Positions 34,359-43,038 of a stretch of 54,673 nt of DNA are shown here, piece after piece. This DNA comes from a virus (Duplodnaviria > Caudoviricetes): IMG/VR virus record IMGVR_UViG_3300009026_000012, positions 1 to 54,673 of that record. One strand, written 5' to 3'. Every line of letters begins with the position of its first letter. The stretch's first letter is position 1. The translations under genes were made by a program, and so were the position numbers. Under the pieces are notes generated by a model. That model was not told the origin of the DNA. It saw only the letters and a list, made by a program, of their open reading frames with translations, and did no database searches.

Positions 34359-35953
34359 TACATTGCCCCCGAAGGTTGTAGCGTTATTCTGCTACGCCCG
34401 CCTGCAGAGCCTCTGCGGCGTTTTAATTCCACGTTATCCGTGGCGCCAGAGATTACGAGCTCCGAAGTCTCTCGGCTCTCGGATATGCTGCGGGCGACGG
34501 CTTGCTCCGGAGATACCACCCCGCTGGCTTCGGATCGCTGAGACCTCCGCCGCGTCGTGTTGTCCTCCATGGGGGTGCCGCCGCCGGCCACGTAGTCGAT
34601 AGCTTTACGCACCCAATCAGGTATGAGCCCTTGGACTACGCGGGCGAGCGCTTTCGCGCCGGTCGTTATTTTGTCCCACATCTTCACAAAGAATGAGGAT
34701 ATAGGCTCCCAGTGCTTGCGCACCATGTTAGCCGCGCCTATGAGCATTCCTATAGGCCCCATCAAAAATAGCACATTACTGAGCCCGGAGTCCGCGAAGG
34801 ACATAAATGCCGCTTTTGCTTTGTCCCACCATATAATCACGGCCCCCACGGCGACGCCGAGAGCAACAAAGCCGAGAACCATAAGCCCTAGGGGGTTCAT
34901 CGCCATAACGATGTTTACCGCCGTCATTACGATTATAAACGCCTTGAGGACCGCCATAAGGCCCACAAACCACGCGATAGCCTTAGCGATGGTGGCGCCG
35001 TGTTCCTTAATGAATCTTATCGATGTTTTTAGCCCTTCGACGAAGCCGTCCACCCACTGAGTGACTAGGGCCTCGTTTGCGGAGAGCCACGCGGAGGCCG
35101 TATCCGTGGCCGTTATCATATACTCCACCAACTGCTTAACGTGCGGGGCTAGCTTCTTACCGATACCGTCGGAAACGCCTAGGATCTTATCCGTTAGCGT
35201 GTTCCATCGCCCGGTCAACGTAAGCGAGGCTTTTGTCATAGTGTCGTGGAAAGTGGCCCCCTCTTTGGTGAGCTCTTTCATAGCGGCTAGCACCATTTTG
35301 AACGACACCTCCCCACGCGAGGCCATTTCGAAAACCTCCGCTTGGGTGGTTTTGCTCATCTTAGCAATTACCGAAACCAAGGGGACGCCCGCCGTAGTAA
35401 ATTGGCGTAAGTCTTTAGACATGGCTTTCCCGTTCGCGGATATCTCGGCGAAGTTTATCGATAGGTTGCGGAAGCTCTCGGCATCGCCTGATGTAAGATC
35501 CCCTAGTAGCCGCATTGTGGGGATTACGCTGTCTTTAGTAGCGGCCCCCATGGCGAGGAGGATCTTAGCGGACGCGGCCACGTGTCTAAATGCAAAGGGG
35601 GTACTTTCCGCCTCCCTTTTCAGTTTCTCTACCATTTCGGCGGCGCCTTCCGCGCTGCCCATCAAAGGCTCGAACCCGGTGCGGGCGTTTTCAAACATGC
35701 TAAAAGCTTTTACCACCCCCACTACGGCACCCGTGAGCAAACCTAAGCCCCCTATGGCGAGGCGTTTTAAGTTTTGGCCGGTTAGGCCTATGGTGCGGGC
35801 GAACTTATTAAACCGCCTATTAAGGCGGTCTATGTGTCGAGAGGATACGCGGGAGAACTTGTTCATTCTCGCTTGCATACGCGAAAGCGGTCGGGAGATC
35901 TTATCGACCCCGATCACATCGGCGAATAGGGAGAACCTTCTGCTATTCATCAC
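34358..35953 (-). CDS. Tape measure protein
   Basis: A..TPF....V, L.D...G, NP.G repeats, helical Ala-rich. Confidence 0.85.
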   Translation of the reverse strand: MMNSRRFSLFADVIGVDKISRPLSRMQARMNKFSRVSSRHIDRLNRRFNKFARTIGLTGQNLKRLAIGGLGLLTGAVVGVVKAFSMFENARTGFEPLMGSAEGAAEMVEKLKREAESTPFAFRHVAASAKILLAMGAATKDSVIPTMRLLGDLTSGDAESFRNLSINFAEISANGKAMSKDLRQFTTAGVPLVSVIAKMSKTTQAEVFEMASRGEVSFKMVLAAMKELTKEGATFHDTMTKASLTLTGRWNTLTDKILGVSDGIGKKLAPHVKQLVEYMITATDTASAWLSANEALVTQWVDGFVEGLKTSIRFIKEHGATIAKAIAWFVGLMAVLKAFIIVMTAVNIVMAMNPLGLMVLGFVALGVAVGAVIIWWDKAKAAFMSFADSGLSNVLFLMGPIGMLIGAANMVRKHWEPISSFFVKMWDKITTGAKALARVVQGLIPDWVRKAIDYVAGGGTPMEDNTTRRRSQRSEASGVVSPEQAVARSISESRETSELVISGATDNVELKRRRGSAGGRSRITLQPSGAM

Positions 35954-36188
35954 GGGGCCTTGTTAGTTCGCGCAACTCGGGGCGCAAATAGTCGTAGAAC
36001 ATTTGCACCTCTGCAATGGTCAAGGTCCTAGGGTCCGGGAGGTTCCGGTACATTCGGCACACCTGTACAAATTGCTCCATAAGAACATTGTACATCGAGT
36101 GCGCTTTCACAAAGTCCCCGCTGTCCTCGTCGCGCGTAAAGTCTTGAGTATCGGAGCCACTACGTACTAGGGTAGTGACTACCGGGAG
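35943..36188 (-). CDS. Tail assembly chaperone, -1 frameshift extension (G-T type)
   Basis: Slippery T TTT TTC at 36194-36188; -1 frame is open to 35943. Confidence 0.65.
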   Translation of the reverse strand, partial: LPVVTTLVRSGSDTQDFTRDEDSGDFVKAHSMYNVLMEQFVQVCRMYRNLPDPRTLTIAEVQMFYDYLRPELRELTRPRDE

Positions 36189-36685
36189 AAAAAAACGCTC
36201 GCTACCTCCACGCAAAAATTACCGTCCGCGATCTCCATATTAGCGAACGTCTTAGGCGGTAGCCCTGTGACGGCACCCGCGAAGGCTTGCATTTTTTTCA
36301 TGTTTTGGCCTTCTTTGTACTGGTCTAGCTGCATCATCACATTGAATTTTGGTTTTTTAAAAACAACCGTTTCTAAGCTCGCCATGCTGCCCGGCACGAG
36401 GTCGAACTCCAGTGTATTCTCATCCTCAAGTACGCGGAAACGCCCCCGCAGTATCTCGCGGCATACTTTTCGCTCCAGCTCGTCGAAGCCCTGCTTAGTG
36501 TCCGCGTCCATGAATTCGCGGTCCGTGTCAACGTCCCACATTCGCATGAATGCCGCGAACTCGGCCTTAGCCAGCTCCACGGCAGCGTGTTTGCGCTCTG
36601 CTTCGCTCGGTTTTTTTCGTTCTGGCTTAACGGCCTTAGTTGTCACTGTATTGTCTTGCGTATCGTTGCTCATTTGTGCCCCCAT
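36179..36685 (-). CDS. Tail assembly chaperone
   Basis: Between tube and TMP; ends VFFSR at the slippery site; start may be 36673. Confidence 0.75.
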   Translation of the reverse strand: MGAQMSNDTQDNTVTTKAVKPERKKPSEAERKHAAVELAKAEFAAFMRMWDVDTDREFMDADTKQGFDELERKVCREILRGRFRVLEDENTLEFDLVPGSMASLETVVFKKPKFNVMMQLDQYKEGQNMKKMQAFAGAVTGLPPKTFANMEIADGNFCVEVASVFFSR

Positions 36686-36702
36686 CGGACAAGTTAAAAA
36701 AA

Positions 36703-36834
36703 TGGTTGACGCGGAAGGATTCGAACCTACCTACAGCCGGTAGACCTAGGGAAGGTTGACCCGGCCAGCGGATTGGGGGCGGCGCTATGTTGGGTAAACT
36801 CGCCCCGCTTGCCTAACCACTCGGCCACGCGTCA
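36703..36834 (-). ncRNA. tRNA-like RNA with expanded anticodon loop and variable arm (identity unassignable)
   Basis: Acceptor TGACGCG/CGCGTCA plus ACCA; D arm GCC-GAGTGGTTA-GGC; T arm GTAGG-TTCGAAT-CCTTC; 132 nt. Confidence 0.8.
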
Positions 36835-36842
36835 TTGAATCG

Positions 36843-37232
36843 TTATTGCGGCTCTAGTTGTCCCGGGCCTTCTAGGTCGATAGTGGCGGAAGCGCTCGCG
36901 CTGCCTTGCACTATCTCGCCGACTATCTGCCCCGAGCCTTGGTATATCACCCCAGACCCGTAGGTTATGCCGACACTGAAAAAGTCGTTACGGTCTGCTA
37001 GTTCCTGTAGGTATTCTTGGTCGCCCTGCGCGTCGTCGATAACCACCGCAACGCCTGCGAGCCGCCACCCCTTACGGGTTTTTATTAGGCGGGCCGTCTT
37101 GCCGTCGCCATTCATGGCGACCTCGTTCTCCCAACCGCCTTTCCTTCGGTTGGCCTCGGCGTCGCCTGTTACGGCGAGCGTTCTACCCGAGAGCGTAATG
37201 CTCTCAATACTTCCACCTATCGCGGTTGACAT
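36843..37232 (-). CDS. Tail tube protein
   Basis: 129-aa beta-rich ORF directly after the sheath. Confidence 0.75.
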   Translation of the reverse strand: MSTAIGGSIESITLSGRTLAVTGDAEANRRKGGWENEVAMNGDGKTARLIKTRKGWRLAGVAVVIDDAQGDQEYLQELADRNDFFSVGITYGSGVIYQGSGQIVGEIVQGSASASATIDLEGPGQLEPQ

Positions 37233-37243
37233 CGGTTTGCCCC

Positions 37244-38740
37244 TTATTGGTCAAGTAGCTGCGCTTGCCCGAAATAAAACGAGAAGAGCAAGTCTATGGA
37301 GAATATGTTCGCATTACCCACAAGCGTGATAGGGAGGACCATGTCGAGCCTTTTCGGGTTCTGGTCGTTCACTGAGGCCTGTATGGTCGCATTCGTGGCT
37401 TTTACGTCGGTAAGTATCGCCTGTAGCCCCAACTGAGTGCACATATCTGCGGCCTCAATTTTAGCCGTTCGCGGGAACTTAGCCGTACGGTTGGTCGTGT
37501 ACTCGCCGTCTTTCATCAATGGCGCACCATCCCACTCCGCATTGTTAAAGCGGCGGTCTAGGTTGTACAGCACGTTTTGAATTTTAACGATATCCACAAC
37601 ATAACGGAACTCCGGGTTAGGGTTCGCGTCTGGGTGGTAGAACGTGACCACATCCTTAATAAAGATTATTCCGTCTCGGCTTTCCACAGAGCTAGAGCCG
37701 TCTTTGATCGCGGCGTCGCGGGCTGTGTAGTCCCACTGCTCCGAATCTAAGCCCGGCGCTATGCCTGTGGCTTGTAGGCTGCCATAGTCGTGCGGCGGGT
37801 TGCTGTTCGCCATAGCCACGATGCGCGCTAACTGTCTAGCCGCGACCACGAAGGGCAAATCCAGAGACCCCGGGGCGGGTAGCTGCCCGTTGATCTTGTC
37901 GTACTTACGGACGGCCGAGACCGCGCACGCTAGCGTACGGTTTGCGATGGTGTTCCCGGTAAAGCAGACATAAGGCTTACGCGTCAACGCACCCCAGCGG
38001 CCGTCTCCGTGAGCCTGAATCTTATCCAGCGTGGTGGTGTCTGATATCTCGAAACAATTCAAGAGCATGGACTCCCACACGTCGCCCATTTGCGCGAGCG
38101 CCGGAGAGATATCGGGATTAATAAGCCCCCCCGCTGGTTGCGTAATCGCGAAGGTGATCCCGTTAGAGGGGCCCACCACTTTAATTTTTAGGCCGTTGCT
38201 ACTCGTGCCTTTCCACTTAGCCGTGAGCGTGGCCGTATTGGAGCCGGACGTAGCTGTCATAGGCATTTCAATGATAGCGTTTACCGCTTGCGCGATACGT
38301 GCATCCAGTGCCGTGCCCAGTTCCCCAGCGGAGATAACAAAACTCTCGCTTCGGATCTCGTTCACTTCGACGTAGTAGGCTCCGCTAACTGTTTGGGTTC
38401 CTACGGCTGAAATAGAGCCCACAGCGGCCACGGAGGAGGCTGCGGCTTGCATAGGGTAGATGGTCATAGGAATGGCGCCTATGCCGTCCCGGTTCTCAGG
38501 GAGTAGCTGCATAGCTGCCAAGTGTAACGGGCTGCCATAGCCGTACGTACTGCCAACCTCTCGCGCGCTAGTGTATTGCGCCTTGGTGCTGGAGTACGAG
38601 GACCCGGTAGAACCTTGGCCGAATACGGCGACCCGTTGGGGCAAGAACACTACCTGATCGTTATTTTTACTGCCCGGGGAGGTGGATATACCCACCGTCC
38701 GCGCGCGGTTGCTTTCTGGTACTGCGGCGCTTATGCCCAT
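37244..38740 (-). CDS. Tail sheath protein (Mu gpL-like)
   Basis: YGYGSPLH, LTAKWKG...N, VTFYHP, N.QNPKRLD. Confidence 0.88.
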   Translation of the reverse strand: MGISAAVPESNRARTVGISTSPGSKNNDQVVFLPQRVAVFGQGSTGSSYSSTKAQYTSAREVGSTYGYGSPLHLAAMQLLPENRDGIGAIPMTIYPMQAAASSVAAVGSISAVGTQTVSGAYYVEVNEIRSESFVISAGELGTALDARIAQAVNAIIEMPMTATSGSNTATLTAKWKGTSSNGLKIKVVGPSNGITFAITQPAGGLINPDISPALAQMGDVWESMLLNCFEISDTTTLDKIQAHGDGRWGALTRKPYVCFTGNTIANRTLACAVSAVRKYDKINGQLPAPGSLDLPFVVAARQLARIVAMANSNPPHDYGSLQATGIAPGLDSEQWDYTARDAAIKDGSSSVESRDGIIFIKDVVTFYHPDANPNPEFRYVVDIVKIQNVLYNLDRRFNNAEWDGAPLMKDGEYTTNRTAKFPRTAKIEAADMCTQLGLQAILTDVKATNATIQASVNDQNPKRLDMVLPITLVGNANIFSIDLLFSFYFGQAQLLDQ

Positions 38741-38754
38741 GTGTCAATTCCTCG

Positions 38755-38931
38755 CTATACGTTAACGTCTACTATGGCTATGTCTACAATGGCCCGCCCT
38801 ACTATCGCAGTGGGAACCGTTGGGGGTGGTTCTATCGCGGGCTTTCTAAATTTACGCTGTGAAGCCCCTAAAAGTCTGCTATCGAATTCTACCAGTCGGG
38901 CTTTTTTTGGCCCGCTGTCCTTAACCGCCAT
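38755..38931 (-). CDS. Small hypothetical protein
   Basis: MAVKDSG start overlapping the upstream gene end. Confidence 0.4.
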   Translation of the reverse strand: MAVKDSGPKKARLVEFDSRLLGASQRKFRKPAIEPPPTVPTAIVGRAIVDIAIVDVNV

Positions 38932-39598
38932 AGTTGAACCTCGATTGTGCCAGTATTGCCCCATCACTTGCACGCAATATATCTACGCGGAAGTCGCAGA
39001 GCGGATTCTCTGGAGCGTCCGGGGCGAATTCAAAGAATGCCGCCTCAAACCTAACCCTAGCCGCTATAGCATGGACCGCAGAGTCCCCGTTGTTTTGGGG
39101 CTCGCTCATAGTAATGCTAGCAACCCATTGCCTTTGCACGGCTCCTACGGGGAGTCCTAGGCCTTTATTTATGGGGGAGTCTAAAACAACCCGCACAAAC
39201 TTAGCTATTTTTTGCGCCGCCTTTGCGGCCGCTTCGTCCCCGGGTACATGTGTAGAGTCTGCGCCGTCTTGGCTAACTCCGTACCCGACCACGTCTATGT
39301 TAAACGCTCCGCCGGTTGCCTGTTTGCCGAATTTTTGGCTTTTCGAGATATCGAAGGCGCTGCCCTCATACCAGACATTTATTGCCGCGACGGGGCGGTC
39401 TGAATCTTGCATAAAAAATTGGAGAGGGTTCGCCCTCTCTTGGTACACCCGGACGTCCCACTCTTCGGGGGGGACCCCTGCGACCTCGCAAAGCCTTTTC
39501 TGTTCCTGCACATTCTGGGCGAGTATAACCGTAAGCGCATCACGCACTTTCTCGGAAGTATCTGCCTCAAATAGTAGGGCCGGTAGTACGGGCATCAC
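38921..39598 (-). CDS. Putative tail terminator/neck protein
   Basis: Synteny before the sheath; V.VY.ER..P...INVW pattern. Confidence 0.6.
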   Translation of the reverse strand: MMPVLPALLFEADTSEKVRDALTVILAQNVQEQKRLCEVAGVPPEEWDVRVYQERANPLQFFMQDSDRPVAAINVWYEGSAFDISKSQKFGKQATGGAFNIDVVGYGVSQDGADSTHVPGDEAAAKAAQKIAKFVRVVLDSPINKGLGLPVGAVQRQWVASITMSEPQNNGDSAVHAIAARVRFEAAFFEFAPDAPENPLCDFRVDILRASDGAILAQSRFNYGG

Positions 39599-39971
39599 GG
39601 TATAGCTCTAGCTTACAGTCGACCCGGTTAAGTGTTCTATCCGGCTCGCCTTTAGTGACCTTAAAAATGTGGCTTATGCCGTTAACGTCGGCGAATTCTA
39701 ACAACCACGGTTTTTTCAATTGGCTTGGTTGGTTCCTAGGGAAGTCCATGCCCTTGTCTTGTAGTGCCTTCATGCTGAGCGCTGCAGATACATTGCGGCC
39801 CGAAATCGAGAGCCCTGTCTCTGGGTCGATAGACGTTGACACATCCGTAGTCCAGCCTCGAAAAACCCCCGAGTTTCCCTCGGGGTCCGTGACTCTTATC
39901 TCTACAGTGTTGCCGTCTACGTCGGAGAGTATGAAGTCCGAATCTTGGGCCGCAATGTCTCGCAAGCTCAC
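39567..39971 (-). CDS. Putative head-closure protein (FII-like)
   Basis: Synteny; beta-rich, EPD near the C-terminus. Confidence 0.55.
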   Translation of the reverse strand: MSLRDIAAQDSDFILSDVDGNTVEIRVTDPEGNSGVFRGWTTDVSTSIDPETGLSISGRNVSAALSMKALQDKGMDFPRNQPSQLKKPWLLEFADVNGISHIFKVTKGEPDRTLNRVDCKLELYRDARTTGPTI

Positions 39972-39979
39972 TACCGTGG

Positions 39980-40276
39980 CTACGCTTTGTCGTCTTTCTT
40001 GTCGACTCGGCCGTCCATTTCGTCCGCGCTAGACGTAGGCGTGGTGTCGTCCTCCGCCGCAGAGGCCGCCGCTTTCTTGGCCTTAACGGCCTTAGCGTAG
40101 GTGCTCTCTGCGCAAAGGAAACCTTTAGATTTTAAAAGCTTAAAAGTCTCCTCTACGTCCTTTTCATCCATGCCGTTAAGCATGGCCGTGGTGAACTCCT
40201 CGCCGGGGCCTTTGACGTCCCCGTCTTTTGAAGTCACAGACTTGCCAAGTGCTACTACTGTTTTATCTGCTGCCAT
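39980..40276 (-). CDS. Hypothetical protein (lambda FI position)
   Basis: Follows the capsid gene; K/A/D-rich tail. Confidence 0.6.
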   Translation of the reverse strand: MAADKTVVALGKSVTSKDGDVKGPGEEFTTAMLNGMDEKDVEETFKLLKSKGFLCAESTYAKAVKAKKAAASAAEDDTTPTSSADEMDGRVDKKDDKA

Positions 40277-40280
40277 GGGA

Positions 40281-41375
40281 TTAAATCTCCGTGTCTAAGC
40301 AGCCAAAACCATCAATCTGCACAGGCAGAAGAAGAGTTCGGCTTTCTAGTTCGCCTATGACTTGCTTACCGTTAGGCGTGCAGTATAGGTTAGGTGTGAC
40401 GTCGAAGTTCCCCCCCGCCGCCGTTGAAGTCAATCGGCCCGGCATGATCGATGCAATGCGAGGATCTGGTCCGATTGGGTGCGGAACGCGCGCAGACACA
40501 CGGTCTAGGCGTGTTTGGGTCGATAACATAACGACTTTATCGTCCGCGATGTACTTCGTAGGTGCGCCCGTGTTCGGGTGGTCATACGTATCTGGATATG
40601 TCCACAGTTCAAACTCGTAAGTATCTACTGTGATCCGGCCGTAACGTGTAGCGCCCGATCTCGCCGAAATTTGAGGGGCAATAGTGCCAACCTCATAACG
40701 GCGGTTGTCTAAGAACTCCTTAACGGAGGTGTCTTTCAACAAATTACGGAGAGCGCTACGTCCCAAGATAATCACGTCCGGCTCTACTTTGCCGTCTTTA
40801 CGGATAACTTCGGCAAGGCTGCCTAGGTCGTTGATCTTATCACTAGCGCCGTTACTCCAGTTAGTGCCCACGGTCGGGAAGTGCGTAGCTTTTGGCTTAA
40901 AATCCAAGTCAAAGCGGACCGCGTCGTCCTTGTCCGTTAGCGAGAGCTTTCCAGTTTGCAAGATCTGCGCCGCCTGTAGCTCTACACCCCGGACGATCTT
41001 GTCATTGATCACGCTGTAACCTTTGACCATGTACGCCATTAGTTGCGCAGCGTACGGCCGCGCAGCTGCGGAGAAAGGATCTACCCCTACCATGCGCTCT
41101 AAAAGGTCGTTAACGTCGAAAGATACACCCTCTCCGTACTGCGGAGGCTCGAACTCTTTCGTAGTGAAGATATCAAGATCGTTAAAGTTAACGCCCGACC
41201 CGCGTGCCACAACTACGGCCACGGCTTCACCAAAGCGCTGAATATCTAACGCCACCATTTTGCTGTTGCTTGCTCCGCCCGGCTTTAAGGTAAAAAACCG
41301 TTGTAGGAACATGTTAGGGCTGCGACGTTGCTCGAACATCTGCATCCAACCCTCTCTAAATGATTGTACTGACAT
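40281..41375 (-). CDS. Major capsid protein (lambda gpE-type)
   Basis: FL..FF, F.PP, I.R..E..AAQ.L.TG, W......I.DL, YI.D.KV. Confidence 0.88.
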   Translation of the reverse strand: MSVQSFREGWMQMFEQRRSPNMFLQRFFTLKPGGASNSKMVALDIQRFGEAVAVVVARGSGVNFNDLDIFTTKEFEPPQYGEGVSFDVNDLLERMVGVDPFSAAARPYAAQLMAYMVKGYSVINDKIVRGVELQAAQILQTGKLSLTDKDDAVRFDLDFKPKATHFPTVGTNWSNGASDKINDLGSLAEVIRKDGKVEPDVIILGRSALRNLLKDTSVKEFLDNRRYEVGTIAPQISARSGATRYGRITVDTYEFELWTYPDTYDHPNTGAPTKYIADDKVVMLSTQTRLDRVSARVPHPIGPDPRIASIMPGRLTSTAAGGNFDVTPNLYCTPNGKQVIGELESRTLLLPVQIDGFGCLDTEI

Positions 41376-41386
41376 ATTCGAACTCC

Positions 41387-41782
41387 TTACTCGTTGTCGT
41401 AGCTGGCTAGCTGCGCAATGTTAGGCTCGGTTAAGAGGCCCATACTACGCAAAGAGTCCGCTAATGCTGGGGAGACGGGTGTTACGCCGCCATGAATGAC
41501 AAGCCCGCTACGGTCAAAACTACCGCTAATTATCGGGCGGATAGCTCTGTCGCCTAAAGCCGTGAATACCTGCTCCTCGGCTAACACCGCGACCGGGTTC
41601 TCTGAGCCATCGGAGGCAGCGGAGTCATAATGGGTTAACTTTCCGCCCGTCGTGATTCTGCCTAGGATAGTGCCGGCCAGATAAGTAACGGCTCCCGCCG
41701 CGCTTAGTGTGTCATCTTGGCGAGTATCGCCGAAAAACACAAACCCCCGTGGGGCGTTTTTTGTAATTTCCATAGTAGACAT
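41387..41782 (-). CDS. Head decoration protein (gpD-like)
   Basis: GTILG....GKL..YD..A.DGSE.P.AVL. Confidence 0.85.
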   Translation of the reverse strand: MSTMEITKNAPRGFVFFGDTRQDDTLSAAGAVTYLAGTILGRITTGGKLTHYDSAASDGSENPVAVLAEEQVFTALGDRAIRPIISGSFDRSGLVIHGGVTPVSPALADSLRSMGLLTEPNIAQLASYDNE

Positions 41783-43008
41783 TAGTGAGACGCCTCCATG
41801 TTAACGCCCAATTCATTAGCAGCGAGGGCGAGCACTTCGTTATGTGCCGCATCTTCGTCCGCTTGAGCTGTGGTTGATCCGGTAGCGGCTTGGGCATTAG
41901 AGGCGCCATTCGCGCCCGCTCCTACCTCGGCGTCTTCATCGACGCGGGCTTGTAGATTGCTCTTACTCATGGCCGCCTTAATGCTGTTAGCGATAACAGC
42001 GTCGTTAATAGGGTCCCCTTTTGAAATGGCACTATGGGCAGCTTCAAAGCTCCCCGCCATTTCGCCGTAGGTTAGGTGTGCACTGACTCGGGTGCGCTCG
42101 CTTTGCACGCCCTCGTCATAGCCTTGGCTCCGTAACGTCGCGCACAACGCTGGTTGCTCGGCTAGTAGCTCTTCTAAGGTCATCTTGATAGCTCCAGTTA
42201 GTTGGCCGCCGTTACTGGCGGTTATTTTTTTGGGGGTTTTTTTCGCGCGGGCCGGAGCCTCTGCGACGGTATCTATCAACCCCCGTTTTACCGCTTCGCC
42301 CGCGAGCAGTACCGCCCCGCGCCCGAAATCGGAATTTACTACGGCCACGGTGGTGCCGCGTCCGCTTGCTATTGCATCCGCAAAAAGCTCGTGTGTTTGA
42401 TCTACGAAAGCTTGGATCGATTCTCGCCCGCCCTCTGTCTCTGGGTCTGGGGCTTTTAGGGGGGCCTCTGTGCTAGTGATCACCACGCGGTCCTCGCGCA
42501 TCTTGGCGACGTCCGCACGCACCCCAACGCTACCGATCTGGTCGGCCCTACTAGAGGCCTCTATCGTGTCTGCCTGAGCTCCGAGGCCAAAGGCCGCCGA
42601 GGCCATAACGCCACGTACAAGGGCTTTTGTTGGCTTTGTGATAGCTGCTAAGGCGTCTATAGCTTCGAATAGTCCGTCCGTCGAGCCTCCGGGGCTGGAT
42701 ATGTGGAACTCCACGTCCGAGACTTTTGGGTCTGCTTCGGCTGTAAGTGCCGCGTCGACGATATCCGCGTAGGTGGTATTTCCGCCACCAAAAAGGAACG
42801 CAAAAAAATCCGGCTGGGGTGTAAGAACCCCGGCGATGGTTATCAGTCCGGTAGAACCTTCGCGGCTGTACGCCCTAGAGTTTCCGCCGGGGCCTGAACG
42901 CTCGCGGCACTCTAGGGCGTAGGCGGCTTGTTGTTCCGCGCTAACCGCCGAGGCCCGTATCATCGGGTCCTCAAAGGTGCTGCGTAGGGTGTCTGTTAGT
43001 AGCCACAT
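41782..43008 (-). CDS. S49-family prohead protease with C-terminal scaffold region
   Basis: SSPGG, ASAA, GSVGV, A...GLID; internal GGAG plus ATG at 42183 could start a Nu3-like scaffold. Confidence 0.88.
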   Translation of the reverse strand: MWLLTDTLRSTFEDPMIRASAVSAEQQAAYALECRERSGPGGNSRAYSREGSTGLITIAGVLTPQPDFFAFLFGGGNTTYADIVDAALTAEADPKVSDVEFHISSPGGSTDGLFEAIDALAAITKPTKALVRGVMASAAFGLGAQADTIEASSRADQIGSVGVRADVAKMREDRVVITSTEAPLKAPDPETEGGRESIQAFVDQTHELFADAIASGRGTTVAVVNSDFGRGAVLLAGEAVKRGLIDTVAEAPARAKKTPKKITASNGGQLTGAIKMTLEELLAEQPALCATLRSQGYDEGVQSERTRVSAHLTYGEMAGSFEAAHSAISKGDPINDAVIANSIKAAMSKSNLQARVDEDAEVGAGANGASNAQAATGSTTAQADEDAAHNEVLALAANELGVNMEASH

Positions 43009-43038
43009 AGTGCTATTTTCCTATAGGTTGCTTGCATA

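Noticed and set aside
36703-36834. Assigning the tRNA-like RNA as tRNA-Gly(CCC), tmRNA or a group I intron-containing tRNA
   Set aside because: CCCCCAA lacks U33 and identity elements do not fit Gly; no G3-U70 pair or tag ORF; insert is far too short for a self-splicing intron
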